A stretch of 64,000 nt of DNA from Minisyncoccota bacterium (GCA_041651415.1 JBAZJH010000002.1:20474-84473); one strand, 5' to 3'. Shown: positions 17,701 through 27,047, counted from the stretch's first letter. Notes: generated by a model from the sequence alone, not told the origin. A program made the numbers and translations.

Positions 17701-18318
17701 CTCGTTGTTTTTTTTATCCAATTTTTCTATCTTGGATTGAGTAACTTTTCCGGTGTTAGTTTCGGGATAAAAAGCAAATTCACCGACTTTAAAGTTTTGA
17801 AGATTCTCGGAATATTTACACTTTATCTCTTTTAGTTCTTCAACAAGTTTACGGTCAGTTTCCGGTTCGCTATAAATAATTTCTTTTTCTTCTTCCCCTC
17901 CTTCCGGTTCTTTGTTTTTAAGCGTACCATTGATAGCATTGCGAAATTCAGAATCAGAAGGTTTGGTTATTTTTTCTTCTTGGGGTTCTTCTATTGTTGT
18001 TATTCCAGGATCTTGAAGTTCTTCTTCCTTTTTCTTTTCTTCCTGATCTTTTTTTATTTCTTCAAGCCTAGCTTCGGCAGCTTCGCGAGAGAAAAAAATT
18101 CGGTCAAAATAATATGTTAAAGAACTACCTTCAACAAAAAATTTTTTTTCTTCTTTATTAATTTCTTTTATTTTAATTTCAAAATTTCTTTCTCCATTAA
18201 ATGACGGTTCATAAACTATATCTCCTATTTTAAAGATATATTCATTGCCGGAAGCGTCGACGGTAGTGAAGTTTTCTTTTTCAGCAGAATTTTCTTTTTT
18301 TGAAAGCTTTTCTTGCAT
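14725..18318 (-). CDS. Large acidic hypothetical protein with three N-terminal ~55-aa repeats
   Basis: 1197-aa ORF, E/K-rich; repeats follow FxxG..aF/Y...Ik.ld...FF....F..e.A; TATAAT 7 nt before the ATG. Confidence 0.8.
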   Translation of the reverse strand: MQEKLSKKENSAEKENFTTVDASGNEYIFKIGDIVYEPSFNGERNFEIKIKEINKEEKKFFVEGSSLTYYFDRIFFSREAAEARLEEIKKDQEEKKKEEELQDPGITTIEEPQEEKITKPSDSEFRNAINGTLKNKEPEGGEEEKEIIYSEPETDRKLVEELKEIKCKYSENLQNFKVGEFAFYPETNTGKVTQSKIEKLDKKNNEFFSSGNWLELQWFFGNKKEAEEYAKKEHNRFSKSEEIPPAAPEENSASVEEITNLSEKFPPTEPIKIETEEIEEKKSVEEESKNKEITITNKFGLEQNFEEGKKAFYINRDNGVSYHDIKILDLERERFFDEKDVWHPLKYYFSSSEDASNYLNKSKKESQPVLEENQDELTLDDIFIGEELKEVKESLEEVELLAGSLSEADLNGEKISEEIAEAVEKLSEKQKKTLFEGVADAGYYFKENSNWILKNIFSRVNISNDFLNRHFKATAEAFEKKENEAREKREKIGKGMLEKSAGWSSVPSAILRWGRILHGYGLSSPFRIAMMGSMATGFLAEIEKSARLKNKEVIKKVRVDDLKRAEEEALRLYEEAEKLANEKGKEKASAEDFKEAYEKSLLGDLAKRVNRQNISAYYTSLADIRIRRTVFKLNDKFNQIENDKKLGEKQKELEKEKLLKKNAEFLKELDSMVSDFGMVDHLSYYSGLVSKGAKTLTSALTLETLIESVWKNSDHIENAFEFVKEKSEEGAKSIWGKIADFFMKENPVPSDNYASIPSEKLTQLNVEPEGFEPVQSKLSETTEQTAYEPNVSEIQGDFSEKSAGITGVAEELKMAEQTLPKVSIETPDIFKSAEHLDYQGGKSVWKEAELQLQGRFKELFENLGADEKSKEALKIYNIDRLKDIVLSNPEKYGLPENPNFRRLSKEMIESIKWDEAFRDAFPKEILTENLSKEAIENIIGTGEDKENWQESSYYVKEIPAPDNLNLPIVENQELPSDNLSSENIEEQAEIGEKYREAPLEQIEEKTEKFMPPSNSAEAIEKLKQSGFQIADENEFIKELGLEKENPEKINETLISLSNLDLDNPEEAKRMIEVSKLSELPLETIDKHIYFALSEDFTPEQSSAVIELLENDKDKEALEFFRKSFRDIKSVSAEKFLDKRVGESLRIFFTGKNSRADFELVINKGKFFVDGINIEHPLKDFKSFLKFPSRFITSNLKR

Positions 18319-18363
18319 TAAAATAATTATACAAATTAAAAAGCCCTAATTAAAGGGCTTCTC

Positions 18364-20550
18364 TTACCATTTTTTCACCATAAGGAAAGGCGAAGAGGAT
18401 TCTTTTTTAAAAAAAGATTGATAAATGTCTTCCGTGACAAAAGGCATAAAAGGATGAAGCATTTTGAGGCACTCCAAAAGAATTGTTTCAATAAGGAAGA
18501 AGGCGGAGTTTTTTAAAGCAGCGTCATCCCCTTTTAAGCGAGGTTTCATTTCTTCAATAATAATGTCGGCAAAAGTATGCCAGAAATAAGCGTAAGCTTT
18601 TTCACCCGCCAGATGAAATTCAAATTTTTCAAAATGAGCGGTAATTTCTTTTTTAAAAGAGGCTAGGTGTTCTAAAGCATCTTTATCTTCTCCGGTAAGA
18701 AATTTTTCTGCTTCTTCTTGATTATAGTTTTCCGGCTTATTCATTTGGGCAAAGCGGGCAACATTCCAGATTTTAGTAGTGAAGTTGCGATAAGCTTTGA
18801 CTTTGTCTTCGGAAAGACGGGTATCGCTGCCGGCGCCGGTGCCGATAACTAAAGAAAGGCGGGTGGCGTCAGCGCCGTATTTTTCTATCATATCGAGCGG
18901 GTCGATGCCGTTTCCGAGAGATTTACTCATTTTTCTGCCTTTGGCGTCGCGGACAAGGCCGTGAAGATAAACTTTTTTGAAAGGAGCTTCACCCAAGAGA
19001 CAAGTGGACATCAAAATCATACGAGCAACCCAGAAGAAAATAATGTCGTAGCCGGTTTCAAGAACGGAAGTCGGATGAAAAGTTTTTAAGTCGGCAGTTT
19101 CTTCCGGCCAGCCGAGAGTGGAAAAAGTCCAAAGCCCCGAAGAAAACCAAGTGTCCAAAGTGTCGGGGTCTTGTTCCCAACCTTTTTCTTTAGGACTTGC
19201 TCCGATTTTTATTTCTTCATTTTTATACCAGACAGGAATTCTGTGTCCGTACCAGATTTGGCGGGAGATGCACCAGTCGCGAAGATTATCTATCCAGTGA
19301 AAATAAATTTTTTGGAAATGTTCGGGAATAATATCTATTTCGCCGGATTCAACCGCTATTTTCATCAGTTTTTTCAGAGTAGTTTTTTCTCCCGATTTTA
19401 CGCTCTTCATTTTGGAAACAGGCAGAGTAAATTCTTTATTAACGGCGACAAACCATTGCCGGAGAATTTGCGGTTCAATAACTCCGCCGCCGCGAGAGTT
19501 AACAGCAACGCGATGAATATATTTTTCATCAACTTTAACTAAAAGTTCTTTTTCTTTAAGTTTCTCAATAATCTCTAGGCGAGCTTTTTTGATGTGGAGG
19601 CCGGAAAAAATACCGGCAATCGGAAGAAGCTTTCCTTCCAAATCTATAATCTGCTCTTTATCAAGATTATGGCGTTCGGCAATGTCAAAATCAGTCGTGT
19701 CATGCCAAGGGGTGATAGTCATAACGCCGGAACCGAATTCCATATCAATCGCTTTGTCTTTAACAACGGTTGCCGTAATCGGTCCGTTTATCCATTCCAC
19801 TTCCAGTTTTTCTCCATCTTTATAATTTTTATAACGAGAATCGTCCGGATGCATAACGACATATTTATCGCCGAATTTTGTTTCGGGACGAGCCGTGGCG
19901 ATAGTGAAAGGGCCGTATTTTATATAATAGAAAGGAACGGCTTCTTCTTTCCACTCAATTTCGTCATCAGAAACGGTGGTTTGCATTTTGGGGTCCCAAT
20001 TAACAATGCGTTCGCCGCGATAAATAAGGCCGAGGTCATACATTTTTTTAAAAGCAGTCGCGACAGCTTCGGTTCTCTTTTCGTCCAAAGTGAAAGCTTC
20101 GCGCGACCAATCAACAGAAGCGCCCATTTTTTTGATTTGATTAACTATCGTGTCGTGGCTATCCCTAGCAAATTTACTGACGCGATTCAAAAATTCTTCG
20201 CGCCCCAAATCAAAACGGGTTTTCTTTTCCGATTCGTAAATCATTTTTTCCACTTTGCTTTGAGTGGCAATGGCGGCATGGTCGGTGCCGGGAAGCCAAA
20301 GAGTTTTTTTGCCGCGCATTCTGTTAAAGCGAACCATGATGTCTTCTATAACCAACATAGCGGCGTGGCCCATATGAAGAGTTCCCGTGACGTTAGGCGG
20401 AGGAAGAGAAATAGAAAAAGGTTCGGCGTCTTTTTCGGTGATTTTATCTTTCAGACATTTATCGGGAGAAAAATAGCCGGACTTTTCCCAAGCGGCGTAG
20501 ATTTCATTTTCTCTTTGGCTATCAAAACGTTTATCAAGATTGTCCGGCAT
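18364..20550 (-). CDS. valS: Valine--tRNA ligase (short form)
   Basis: PPPNVTGTLHMGHA, WCISRQIWYGHRIP and KMSKS motifs; likely start MPDNL at 20550. Confidence 0.95.
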   Translation of the reverse strand: MPDNLDKRFDSQRENEIYAAWEKSGYFSPDKCLKDKITEKDAEPFSISLPPPNVTGTLHMGHAAMLVIEDIMVRFNRMRGKKTLWLPGTDHAAIATQSKVEKMIYESEKKTRFDLGREEFLNRVSKFARDSHDTIVNQIKKMGASVDWSREAFTLDEKRTEAVATAFKKMYDLGLIYRGERIVNWDPKMQTTVSDDEIEWKEEAVPFYYIKYGPFTIATARPETKFGDKYVVMHPDDSRYKNYKDGEKLEVEWINGPITATVVKDKAIDMEFGSGVMTITPWHDTTDFDIAERHNLDKEQIIDLEGKLLPIAGIFSGLHIKKARLEIIEKLKEKELLVKVDEKYIHRVAVNSRGGGVIEPQILRQWFVAVNKEFTLPVSKMKSVKSGEKTTLKKLMKIAVESGEIDIIPEHFQKIYFHWIDNLRDWCISRQIWYGHRIPVWYKNEEIKIGASPKEKGWEQDPDTLDTWFSSGLWTFSTLGWPEETADLKTFHPTSVLETGYDIIFFWVARMILMSTCLLGEAPFKKVYLHGLVRDAKGRKMSKSLGNGIDPLDMIEKYGADATRLSLVIGTGAGSDTRLSEDKVKAYRNFTTKIWNVARFAQMNKPENYNQEEAEKFLTGEDKDALEHLASFKKEITAHFEKFEFHLAGEKAYAYFWHTFADIIIEEMKPRLKGDDAALKNSAFFLIETILLECLKMLHPFMPFVTEDIYQSFFKKESSSPFLMVKKW

Positions 20551-20587
20551 TTGTCTTATTTTTATCCAAAAAAAGGAGGAAAGCAAA

Positions 20588-21625
20588 TTAAATCTCCATG
20601 TTTCCATTAGCCCGCAAGGGCTTCTTTTTTTTGCGCAAAAAGCTGATGTAGGCGGCGGCGGAAATCATGGCGGCGTTATCGGTGTTTAATTTCAAACCGG
20701 GGGCGAAAAAATTCAGGCCGGCTCTTTTGGTTTCTTTTTTAAAGAGAGCGCGAAGAGCGCGGCTCGAAGCAACGCCGCCCGAGAGAAGAACAGATTTAGC
20801 TTTATAAGTTTCCGCGGCGCGAAGAGTTTTTTTAATCAAAACTTCAAAAGCAGAAGATTGAAAAGAAGCGCAAACGTCTTCTTTATTATATTTTTTATGG
20901 TCACGCCCATCTTCGCCTAAATTATGCTTCGACGAGGCAAGCAGATAATAAAGCACGGCAGTTTTAAGGCCGGCAAAACTGAAATCAAAATCTTTGGAGT
21001 GGAGCATGGGAGAGGGAAAATTCAGAATGGCTTTTCCTTTTTTAGCCAGGCGTTCAATTTCCGGACCGCCCGGATAAGGAAGCTTGAGCATCCGCGCCAC
21101 TTTATCAAAAGCTTCGCCGACAGCATCGTCGCGAGTGGAACCTAATATTTTCCAAGTTTTGATATCTTTCATTAAAGAAAGAATGGTGTGGCCGCCAGAA
21201 ACGATTAAAGAGACGGCGGGAAATTTCGGCAATCCGGCCGGCGGATTTATCCAGTTGCTATAAATATGCCCTTCCAAGTGATTGACGCCAAGAAGCGGTT
21301 TGCCATAGGCCTTGGAAATTTCCTTAGCAAAAGCAATCCCCTGCCAAAGAGCCGGCTCAAGCCCCGGACCAACCGTGACCGCAATTAAATCTATGGAAGG
21401 AATGTCTTCTTCGGAAACAACTTTTTTAAAAATCAGAGGAAGATTTTTTTGATGCTCGCGCTTGGCAAGAGACGGAACGACGCCGCCGAAAGGGCGGTGA
21501 ATTTTTATCTGGGAAGCGATTGAGGATTTCAGAATTTTAAAACGGGGCGAATTTAAACTGCCCGCCGCTTCAGTCAGGGCGATAGCGGTTTCGTCGCAAG
21601 AAGTTTCAATGGCTAAAATGCGCAT
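20588..21625 (-). CDS. tsaD: tRNA N6-threonylcarbamoyladenosine transferase
   Basis: AIETSCDET, NHLEGH, VSGGHT, DDAVGEAFDKVAR and TDNAAMI motifs. Confidence 0.96.
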   Translation of the reverse strand: MRILAIETSCDETAIALTEAAGSLNSPRFKILKSSIASQIKIHRPFGGVVPSLAKREHQKNLPLIFKKVVSEEDIPSIDLIAVTVGPGLEPALWQGIAFAKEISKAYGKPLLGVNHLEGHIYSNWINPPAGLPKFPAVSLIVSGGHTILSLMKDIKTWKILGSTRDDAVGEAFDKVARMLKLPYPGGPEIERLAKKGKAILNFPSPMLHSKDFDFSFAGLKTAVLYYLLASSKHNLGEDGRDHKKYNKEDVCASFQSSAFEVLIKKTLRAAETYKAKSVLLSGGVASSRALRALFKKETKRAGLNFFAPGLKLNTDNAAMISAAAYISFLRKKKKPLRANGNMEI

Positions 21626-21628
21626 AAT

Positions 21629-21868
21629 TTAATTTTTATAAGTATGGTCGTTTCTTTTTTCCAATTTTAAAAGAATTATTTCCTTATCGTTTTTCAGATA
21701 GATGATTCTCATATTTCCCTTTCTAACTCTAAAAAAATTATTCGAGCCTTTGAGTTTTTTAACATCAAGACCAGCGAGATTGCCGGATTTTATTTTAACA
21801 AGAATCGATTTAAGATTTTCTTTTTCTTTTAGAGAAAGTTTGGAGAGCTCTTTTTCTATTTTATCCAT
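21629..21868 (-). CDS. RelE/ParE family toxin
   Basis: Basic 79 aa with KKLKG...FRVRKGNMRIIY; downstream of the antitoxin. Confidence 0.8.
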   Translation of the reverse strand: MDKIEKELSKLSLKEKENLKSILVKIKSGNLAGLDVKKLKGSNNFFRVRKGNMRIIYLKNDKEIILLKLEKRNDHTYKN

Positions 21869-21873
21869 AAAGA

Positions 21874-22092
21874 TTAAAGACGAGACAATATTTTTTCAAG
21901 AGAGATTCCTTTTTTACCGATTTTAGTGAAATCTATAACCGTCTCCCATTTTTCATCATCACCTGAAACAGGAGATATTTTAAAGACGGGTTTAGAGCGC
22001 CTGACGATAGTGAAAGATTCCCCTTTTTCTATTTTGGAAATATAAGAATCAATATTATTCCGCAGTTCTTTTAGACCGACGATATTTTTCAT
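21874..22092 (-). CDS. Phd/YefM family antitoxin
   Basis: MKNIVGLKELRNN...GESFTIVRRSKPVFKISP. Confidence 0.85.
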   Translation of the reverse strand: MKNIVGLKELRNNIDSYISKIEKGESFTIVRRSKPVFKISPVSGDDEKWETVIDFTKIGKKGISLEKILSRL

Positions 22093-22177
22093 AGTTTTTT
22101 TGTCTGACTTATAATAAATGAAGTTTATCTTAAGGTGAACCAAGAGTCAAGAAAAAAGAAAACCGCCAAGAGGCGGT

Positions 22178-22579
22178 TTAATGAACGGAAACTGGTTCGG
22201 AAACACAAGATGATTTTTCTAAAAAAGAGACAAGATGAGTTTCAGTTCCATTGTTTATGAGAACTTCTTCCACAAAAAAGAAGTCGTCTATAAAGGATCC
22301 GATTACCAATCCAGACATGGAAATTACAAAATCGCATTCTCCACTCTCTAAAGCAGAAACAGAGAACTGAAAAATAGTTTTTTCCTCTAAAATCAGATTA
22401 GGAAACTTCGGATAAAAATTTTGAAAATCACTTCCTTCATGAGAGACAAAATATGGTCCGAAAACTTCTAAGCCAGAAATAGAGAAAGAATCACCCATAA
22501 CCCTAGAAATGGATTCTTGGATGAGAAAAACAAGAGAGAGCTGGTTTGAATCAAGTTTGATACAAGATTTAGAAAACAT
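22178..22579 (-). CDS. Hypothetical protein
   Basis: AAAGGAG SD; terminator AACCGCC-AAGA-GGCGGTT at the stop. Confidence 0.6.
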   Translation of the reverse strand: MFSKSCIKLDSNQLSLVFLIQESISRVMGDSFSISGLEVFGPYFVSHEGSDFQNFYPKFPNLILEEKTIFQFSVSALESGECDFVISMSGLVIGSFIDDFFFVEEVLINNGTETHLVSFLEKSSCVSEPVSVH

Positions 22580-22638
22580 AATTAACTCTCCTTTCTTTCA
22601 AATAGCTAAGGAGAGTATGTCTAGAACCTCAGAGAAAG

Positions 22639-23328
22639 TCAATTTAAAAATTTTTGCTCAACTTCTGGGTTTTCCAGCTTCAGATTGGCGATTATTTTTT
22701 CAGCCACTTCGCGAGGTTCCAAGTATTCATCAAAATTTTCCGGACGAGCTTCGTCAAAAAGACGGGTTTTCATGCCGGGCGGATAGCAGGACAAAATTTT
22801 GATGCCGCTACCTTCATAAGTTTCCACTTCTAAGCGAAGTCCTTTTGTAAAGCCATCGGCGGCAAACTTGCTCGCGGCATAGGCGGCGGAATCCAAATGA
22901 ATTTCAAGAGCGCTCACAGAAATTATGTTTAGAATAATGCCGGAATTTTGTTTTTTCATAAAAGAAAGAGCGGCGCGAGAACCGTGCATCAAACCAAAAA
23001 CATTAACATCAAAAACAGCGCGGACTTTTTCCATATTCAAATCATTCACTCCGCCATGCGGGAGCCAGATGCCGGCGTTATTTATCCAGATATCTATTCG
23101 GCCAAGTTCAAACATAACTTTAGAAGCCAAGTTTTTTACTTCCTCTTCCTTGGAAACATCAGCGGGAATAGAAAGGTCAGAAGCGCCGGAAGGAATTTCT
23201 TCTAAGCTTTCTTCGCTTTTTCCATTAACCACGACTTTAGCGCCGTCTTTTTTAAAGAGCTTGGCAAGTTCAAGCCCAAGGCCGCTTGTGGAACCCGTGA
23301 TAACCACAACTTTGTTTTTTAAATCCAT
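22639..23328 (-). CDS. Short-chain dehydrogenase/reductase
   Basis: TGSTSGLG, INNAG and YAASK motifs. Confidence 0.92.
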   Translation of the reverse strand: MDLKNKVVVITGSTSGLGLELAKLFKKDGAKVVVNGKSEESLEEIPSGASDLSIPADVSKEEEVKNLASKVMFELGRIDIWINNAGIWLPHGGVNDLNMEKVRAVFDVNVFGLMHGSRAALSFMKKQNSGIILNIISVSALEIHLDSAAYAASKFAADGFTKGLRLEVETYEGSGIKILSCYPPGMKTRLFDEARPENFDEYLEPREVAEKIIANLKLENPEVEQKFLN

Positions 23329-23370
23329 AAGAAGATTTTAACAAAAAATAAGAAAAACATTAATATTGAT

Positions 23371-23390
23371 ACTCCGACCGAAGTCGGAGC
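23371..23390. repeat. REP-like palindrome family A (CTCCGAC-n-GTCGGAG)
   Basis: Copies at 7025, 9248, 11278, 23371, 35684 and 63825; degenerate copy at 26503. Confidence 0.75.
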
Positions 23391-23415
23391 ACAATTTTAA
23401 CTTTAGTTAAAATTG

Positions 23416-23487
23416 TGCTCCCAGCAGGAATTGAACCTGCATCACAGCCTTCGGAGGGCCGCGTTCTATCCGTTAAACTATGAGAGC
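23416..23487 (-). tRNA. tRNA-Arg(CCG)
   Basis: Cloverleaf; anticodon loop CTCCGAA; GGTTCAATTCC T-arm. Confidence 0.92.
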
Positions 23488-23492
23488 GATTA

Positions 23493-24023
23493 CTACCGGC
23501 AATCTTTAATATCCGGTTCGGTTTGGAAAGTTATTTTCTTATCGGTTTTAGAGATAATGAAAAGGGAGAATGGCTGGGTAATTATTTCCGTAGTGAAACA
23601 GCCGGAGCCGGGAGAAGATTCTTTCAAGGAAACCAATATTTTGTCTTCCAAATCTTCAACTTTTTCAAGATGAAGATAAAAACCGCCAGTCGGCTTAACT
23701 TCCGAGACAACGGCCACGGCGTAGTTGACGTCAAAATTTATTTCCGGCAGAGCGACGCTCGGACGGCTGAAATTAATATTTTTCCAGAATTCAGCAAGCT
23801 CGTCGCGATTTTTCATCACTTTTGTTCCAGCTGAAACATCGCCGGAAGTAATCCCCTCCTCTAGAATTTGATAGAAAAAATTAGACGGATTTTCCGAAAC
23901 AAGATTTTTCGATGATTCTTTTTTAGAATTGAAACCAAAGAAAAAAAACAAGAAAGCAAGAAGAAGAACTAGAAAAATAAAAAAAAGTTTTTTTGTTTTT
24001 TCTGAAGAAGGATAGCTAAACAT
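23493..24023 (-). CDS. Membrane-anchored PrcB C-terminal-like domain protein
   Basis: N-terminal TM; PEINF...KPTGGF...PGSGCFTTEIITQP. Confidence 0.7.
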   Translation of the reverse strand: MFSYPSSEKTKKLFFIFLVLLLAFLFFFFGFNSKKESSKNLVSENPSNFFYQILEEGITSGDVSAGTKVMKNRDELAEFWKNINFSRPSVALPEINFDVNYAVAVVSEVKPTGGFYLHLEKVEDLEDKILVSLKESSPGSGCFTTEIITQPFSLFIISKTDKKITFQTEPDIKDCR

Positions 24024-24027
24024 ATTT

Positions 24028-24300
24028 TTATTTTTTATATTTTTTGGAAATTTTTGTTTTCATCCCAAGAATAGTGCCAGTACTTATTCCTAAAGCAAAA
24101 ATCACTATGGCTAAGGTACTTTTCTCAGGATTGAGTTCGTTTACTATATTATATAAAACAAGAAGATTAACAATCGTGAAAATGAAAGAAGTAGCAGCGG
24201 CAGGAAAAATTTTTTCTTTAGCCACAAAACGCCAATTAATTGTTACTAAAAAATCCTGGCAAATTCCAGCTATAAAATAAATGAGAAATTTAAATTCCAT
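24028..24300 (-). CDS. Small multi-TM membrane protein
   Basis: Start MEFKF at 24300 with TATAAT 6 nt upstream; FALGISTGTILG helix. Confidence 0.7.
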   Translation of the reverse strand: MEFKFLIYFIAGICQDFLVTINWRFVAKEKIFPAAATSFIFTIVNLLVLYNIVNELNPEKSTLAIVIFALGISTGTILGMKTKISKKYKK

Positions 24301-24330
24301 AAATGAATTATACAATAATCTAAACGTTAG

Positions 24331-24411
24331 TGCCCGGGGTGGGAGTCGAACCCACACCTCTTACGAGACACGATTTTAAGTCGTGCGTGTATACCATTCC
24401 ACCACCCGGGC
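24331..24411 (-). tRNA. tRNA-Leu(TAA)
   Basis: Anticodon arm CACGA-CTTAAAA-TCGTG; variable arm; GGTTCGACTCC. Confidence 0.93.
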
Positions 24412-24451
24412 TTTATTAATTTTTTTTCTAAATTTTATTTAGAAAAAATTG

Positions 24452-24523
24452 AGGCCATGGCCGGAATTGAACCGGCGTATAAGGGTTTTGCAGACCCTTG
24501 CCTTACCACTTGGCTACATGGCC
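24452..24523 (-). tRNA. tRNA-Cys(GCA)
   Basis: Anticodon arm AGGGT-CTGCAAA-ACCCT; U discriminator. Confidence 0.93.
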
Positions 24524-24597
24524 ATTTTAAAAAAATAACAGACCGCTGAATAAAAACAAGTTTTTATTCTACTTCACCACGTGGCCACAAGAAAATA

Positions 24598-24927
24598 TTA
24601 TTCGTTTAAGAGAATTTTTTCAACTTTGGCGGCTGATTCCAAACCGCGGTCGAGAGCAAAAAATAACTGGGGAAAAGGCTTGATGTTTATTTTTTTCAAA
24701 AGCTTGACGGTCAATTCTTTTTCCCGAGATTTCAATTCTTTAATAACTCCATCCGCTTTTTCCGAAGGAAAAACGCTCACGCCAACTTTGGCGGAATCAA
24801 GACTATCGCTTACTTGGACTTCGGTGATAGTGGCAAGAGCGCCCGCAAAATAAAATTCGCGGGAAATCATTTTTGAAAGTTCCCGAAAGATTAAGCTGGA
24901 GATTCTTTCTTTGCGAAAAGTCCTCAT
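24598..24927 (-). CDS. rbfA: Ribosome-binding factor A
   Basis: TITEVQVSDSLDSAKVGVS and PQLFFALD motifs; follows infB. Confidence 0.9.
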   Translation of the reverse strand: MRTFRKERISSLIFRELSKMISREFYFAGALATITEVQVSDSLDSAKVGVSVFPSEKADGVIKELKSREKELTVKLLKKINIKPFPQLFFALDRGLESAAKVEKILLNE

Positions 24928-24929
24928 AA

Positions 24930-26396
24930 TTAAAAAACAAATTCGTCTCCTTTTTCAACAGAAAAGTCCGAAAGAAGTTCAAGAACCAAACCGCATTCTT
25001 TGCCCGCATCCACTTGATTGATATCGCGTTTGTCGCATTGAAGATTGGTGATTTTTGCCCGACCGAGAGTTTCGCCGTTTCTTTTGACTTCCACTATGAC
25101 ATTTCTTTTAAAGATTCCTTCTTCCACTCTGCCACCAACGGTTTCTTTGCTGCCGGCGCGGCTAAAAGTGGCGAGAACGGAAAGACGGCTCAAGCGATTT
25201 TTGGAAGAATTAAAAGCGGAAATTTTTTCTTCCAGAGATTTAACAAGCTCGTAAATTATTTTGGAAGAAATGATTTCAATCTGGCAGGAACGCGCCAAAT
25301 TTTCGGCGGCTTTATTGGTTTTGACATTAAAGCCGACGATAATGGAACGGGAATTCAAAGCTTCCTTAACATCGCCATCCGTGATATCGCCGACTTCTTT
25401 GTCGATTATTTTGAAGTTTAAATCTTCTTTAGCGGGAAGGGCGGAAATAACTTGGAAAAGAGCTTCGAGAGTGCCAGAAGTGTCGGCTTTTAAAATCAGA
25501 TTGATTTTTTCACCATCTTCCGAAGAAACGATTTTGTTTTTCAAATCAGCCGCGCGATTTTTGGGAGAAACAGAAATTTCAAGAAGGTCGGCGAATCCGG
25601 CCATAAATTTATCGCCCACCTTGGGAAGATTTTCAAAACCGACAATTAAAGCGGGGCTGGAAGGAAGAAGAATATCAACTTTTTCTCCTTTGAAGTTTTC
25701 AAGGATTTTTATTTTGCCGGAAGCGCTTCCGGAAACAATGTCCTGACCGACTTTCAAAACGCCGTCTTTCAAAATAACAAAAACTTCATTGCCGCGATTT
25801 TTATCAAGTTTGGATTCAATAACAAAGCCTTCGGCGTTTTTTTCCGGATTATAGGAAAAGTTTTCCATTTCGGCGACAAGCAAGACAAGGTCAAGAAGTT
25901 CGCTAATGCCCTCGCCTGTTTTAGCGGAAATCGCCTGCCAGCTGATGTTGCCGCCAAAACCTTCAAGAAAAACTTCGTTTGTAAGAAGGTCCTGCTTGGC
26001 TTTTTCGATATCGGCGTTATTTTTGTCTATTTTATTGATAGCCACCACAAAAGGAGTTTTAGATTCCTTAAGAATAGAAATTGATTCTTTAGTTTGGGGT
26101 TTAACGCCATCGTCAGCGGCCACAACAAGAATAGCAAAATCAGCCACATCGGCGCCGCGGGAACGCATTTTGGTAAAAGCTTCATGCCCGGGAGTGTCGA
26201 TAAAAGTGATTTTTTTGCCGTTATGCTCGATTTCATAAGCTCCAACGGATTGAGTGATGCCGCCGGCTTCCTTTAAAGCAACGCCGGTTTTCCTGATGTA
26301 ATCAAGAAGCGAGGTTTTACCATGGTCAACGTGGCCCATCACAACAACAACCGGAGGCCGAAGCTGCAAATTTTCTTTTTTATCTTCATTAGTCAC
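24930..26396 (-). CDS. infB: Translation initiation factor IF-2 (no N-terminal domain)
   Basis: RPPVVVVMGHVDHGKT, DTPGHEAF, NKID and GKECG motifs. Confidence 0.96.
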   Translation of the reverse strand: MTNEDKKENLQLRPPVVVVMGHVDHGKTSLLDYIRKTGVALKEAGGITQSVGAYEIEHNGKKITFIDTPGHEAFTKMRSRGADVADFAILVVAADDGVKPQTKESISILKESKTPFVVAINKIDKNNADIEKAKQDLLTNEVFLEGFGGNISWQAISAKTGEGISELLDLVLLVAEMENFSYNPEKNAEGFVIESKLDKNRGNEVFVILKDGVLKVGQDIVSGSASGKIKILENFKGEKVDILLPSSPALIVGFENLPKVGDKFMAGFADLLEISVSPKNRAADLKNKIVSSEDGEKINLILKADTSGTLEALFQVISALPAKEDLNFKIIDKEVGDITDGDVKEALNSRSIIVGFNVKTNKAAENLARSCQIEIISSKIIYELVKSLEEKISAFNSSKNRLSRLSVLATFSRAGSKETVGGRVEEGIFKRNVIVEVKRNGETLGRAKITNLQCDKRDINQVDAGKECGLVLELLSDFSVEKGDEFVF

Positions 26397-26524
26397 GATT
26401 GTGATAATACCAGAAAAGTTTTATTTAAGCAATCATAAGACATTTTGATTTTTTAAAGAAAGGGATTAAGATAAAAACAGATTTTTTATATAACGAGACA
26501 AGTTCCGATGCTTTGGTCGGGATA

Positions 26525-26605
26525 AATCCGCCTAAGCTAAAAGCTACGGCGAGATGAATCCGCCTAAGTTAAACCTGCCTTGCGGCAGGCAGGGCTACGG
26601 CGAGA
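26525..26605. repeat. Tandem palindromic repeats with a nested insertion
   Basis: Two copies of AATCCGCCTAAG..AAA..GCTACGGCGAGA; the second is interrupted by CCTGCCTTGCGGCAGGCAGG. Confidence 0.7.
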
Positions 26606-26622
26606 CAAAAAGGAGAAAGGCA

Positions 26623-26922
26623 ATGGAAGAGAAAAAAGAAGTGATCGTAAGAATTGAAGTAAAAGGTTTTGAAGAAGAGGAACGAGACCCTTTTCGAACA
26701 GATTTGGCTAAAAAAATAAGAGGGTACCCCGATTTATTAACAGGAAAAAGAATTTCAATATTCTTTTCAAATGGAACCTTTATGGACTTATTAAGCGAAA
26801 AAAGATTAAGATCCGTTGAAATTTGTTCTTCAGATTCGGGCTTAACCGCTACTCATATAAAAAAAATAATAGCGGAAATTGAACCGAATCTTGAAGTCTA
26901 TGAACGCAGTGTGAGATGCTAA
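26623..26922 (+). CDS. Hypothetical protein (99 aa)
   Basis: AAGGAGAAAGG SD before MEEKK; terminator AACTCCGGCGA/TTGCCGGAGTT plus T tract at 26936-26965. Confidence 0.7.
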   Translation: MEEKKEVIVRIEVKGFEEEERDPFRTDLAKKIRGYPDLLTGKRISIFFSNGTFMDLLSEKRLRSVEICSSDSGLTATHIKKIIAEIEPNLEVYERSVRC

Positions 26923-27047
26923 TGAATAATTATCGAACTCCGGCGAAACTTGCCGGAGTTTTTTGATTTTTGATGTTTGGCGGGGTATATTGAAGAAGAT
27001 TTGGTGAGATTCGGTTAAAGGCCGATTTTCTCAAATAAAAATAACAA

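Noticed and set aside
19594-20610. 338-aa plus-strand ORF and many similar antisense ORFs (e.g. 37550-38413, 11677-12303)
   Set aside because: Shadows of well-supported genes on the opposite strand, with no recognisable motifs
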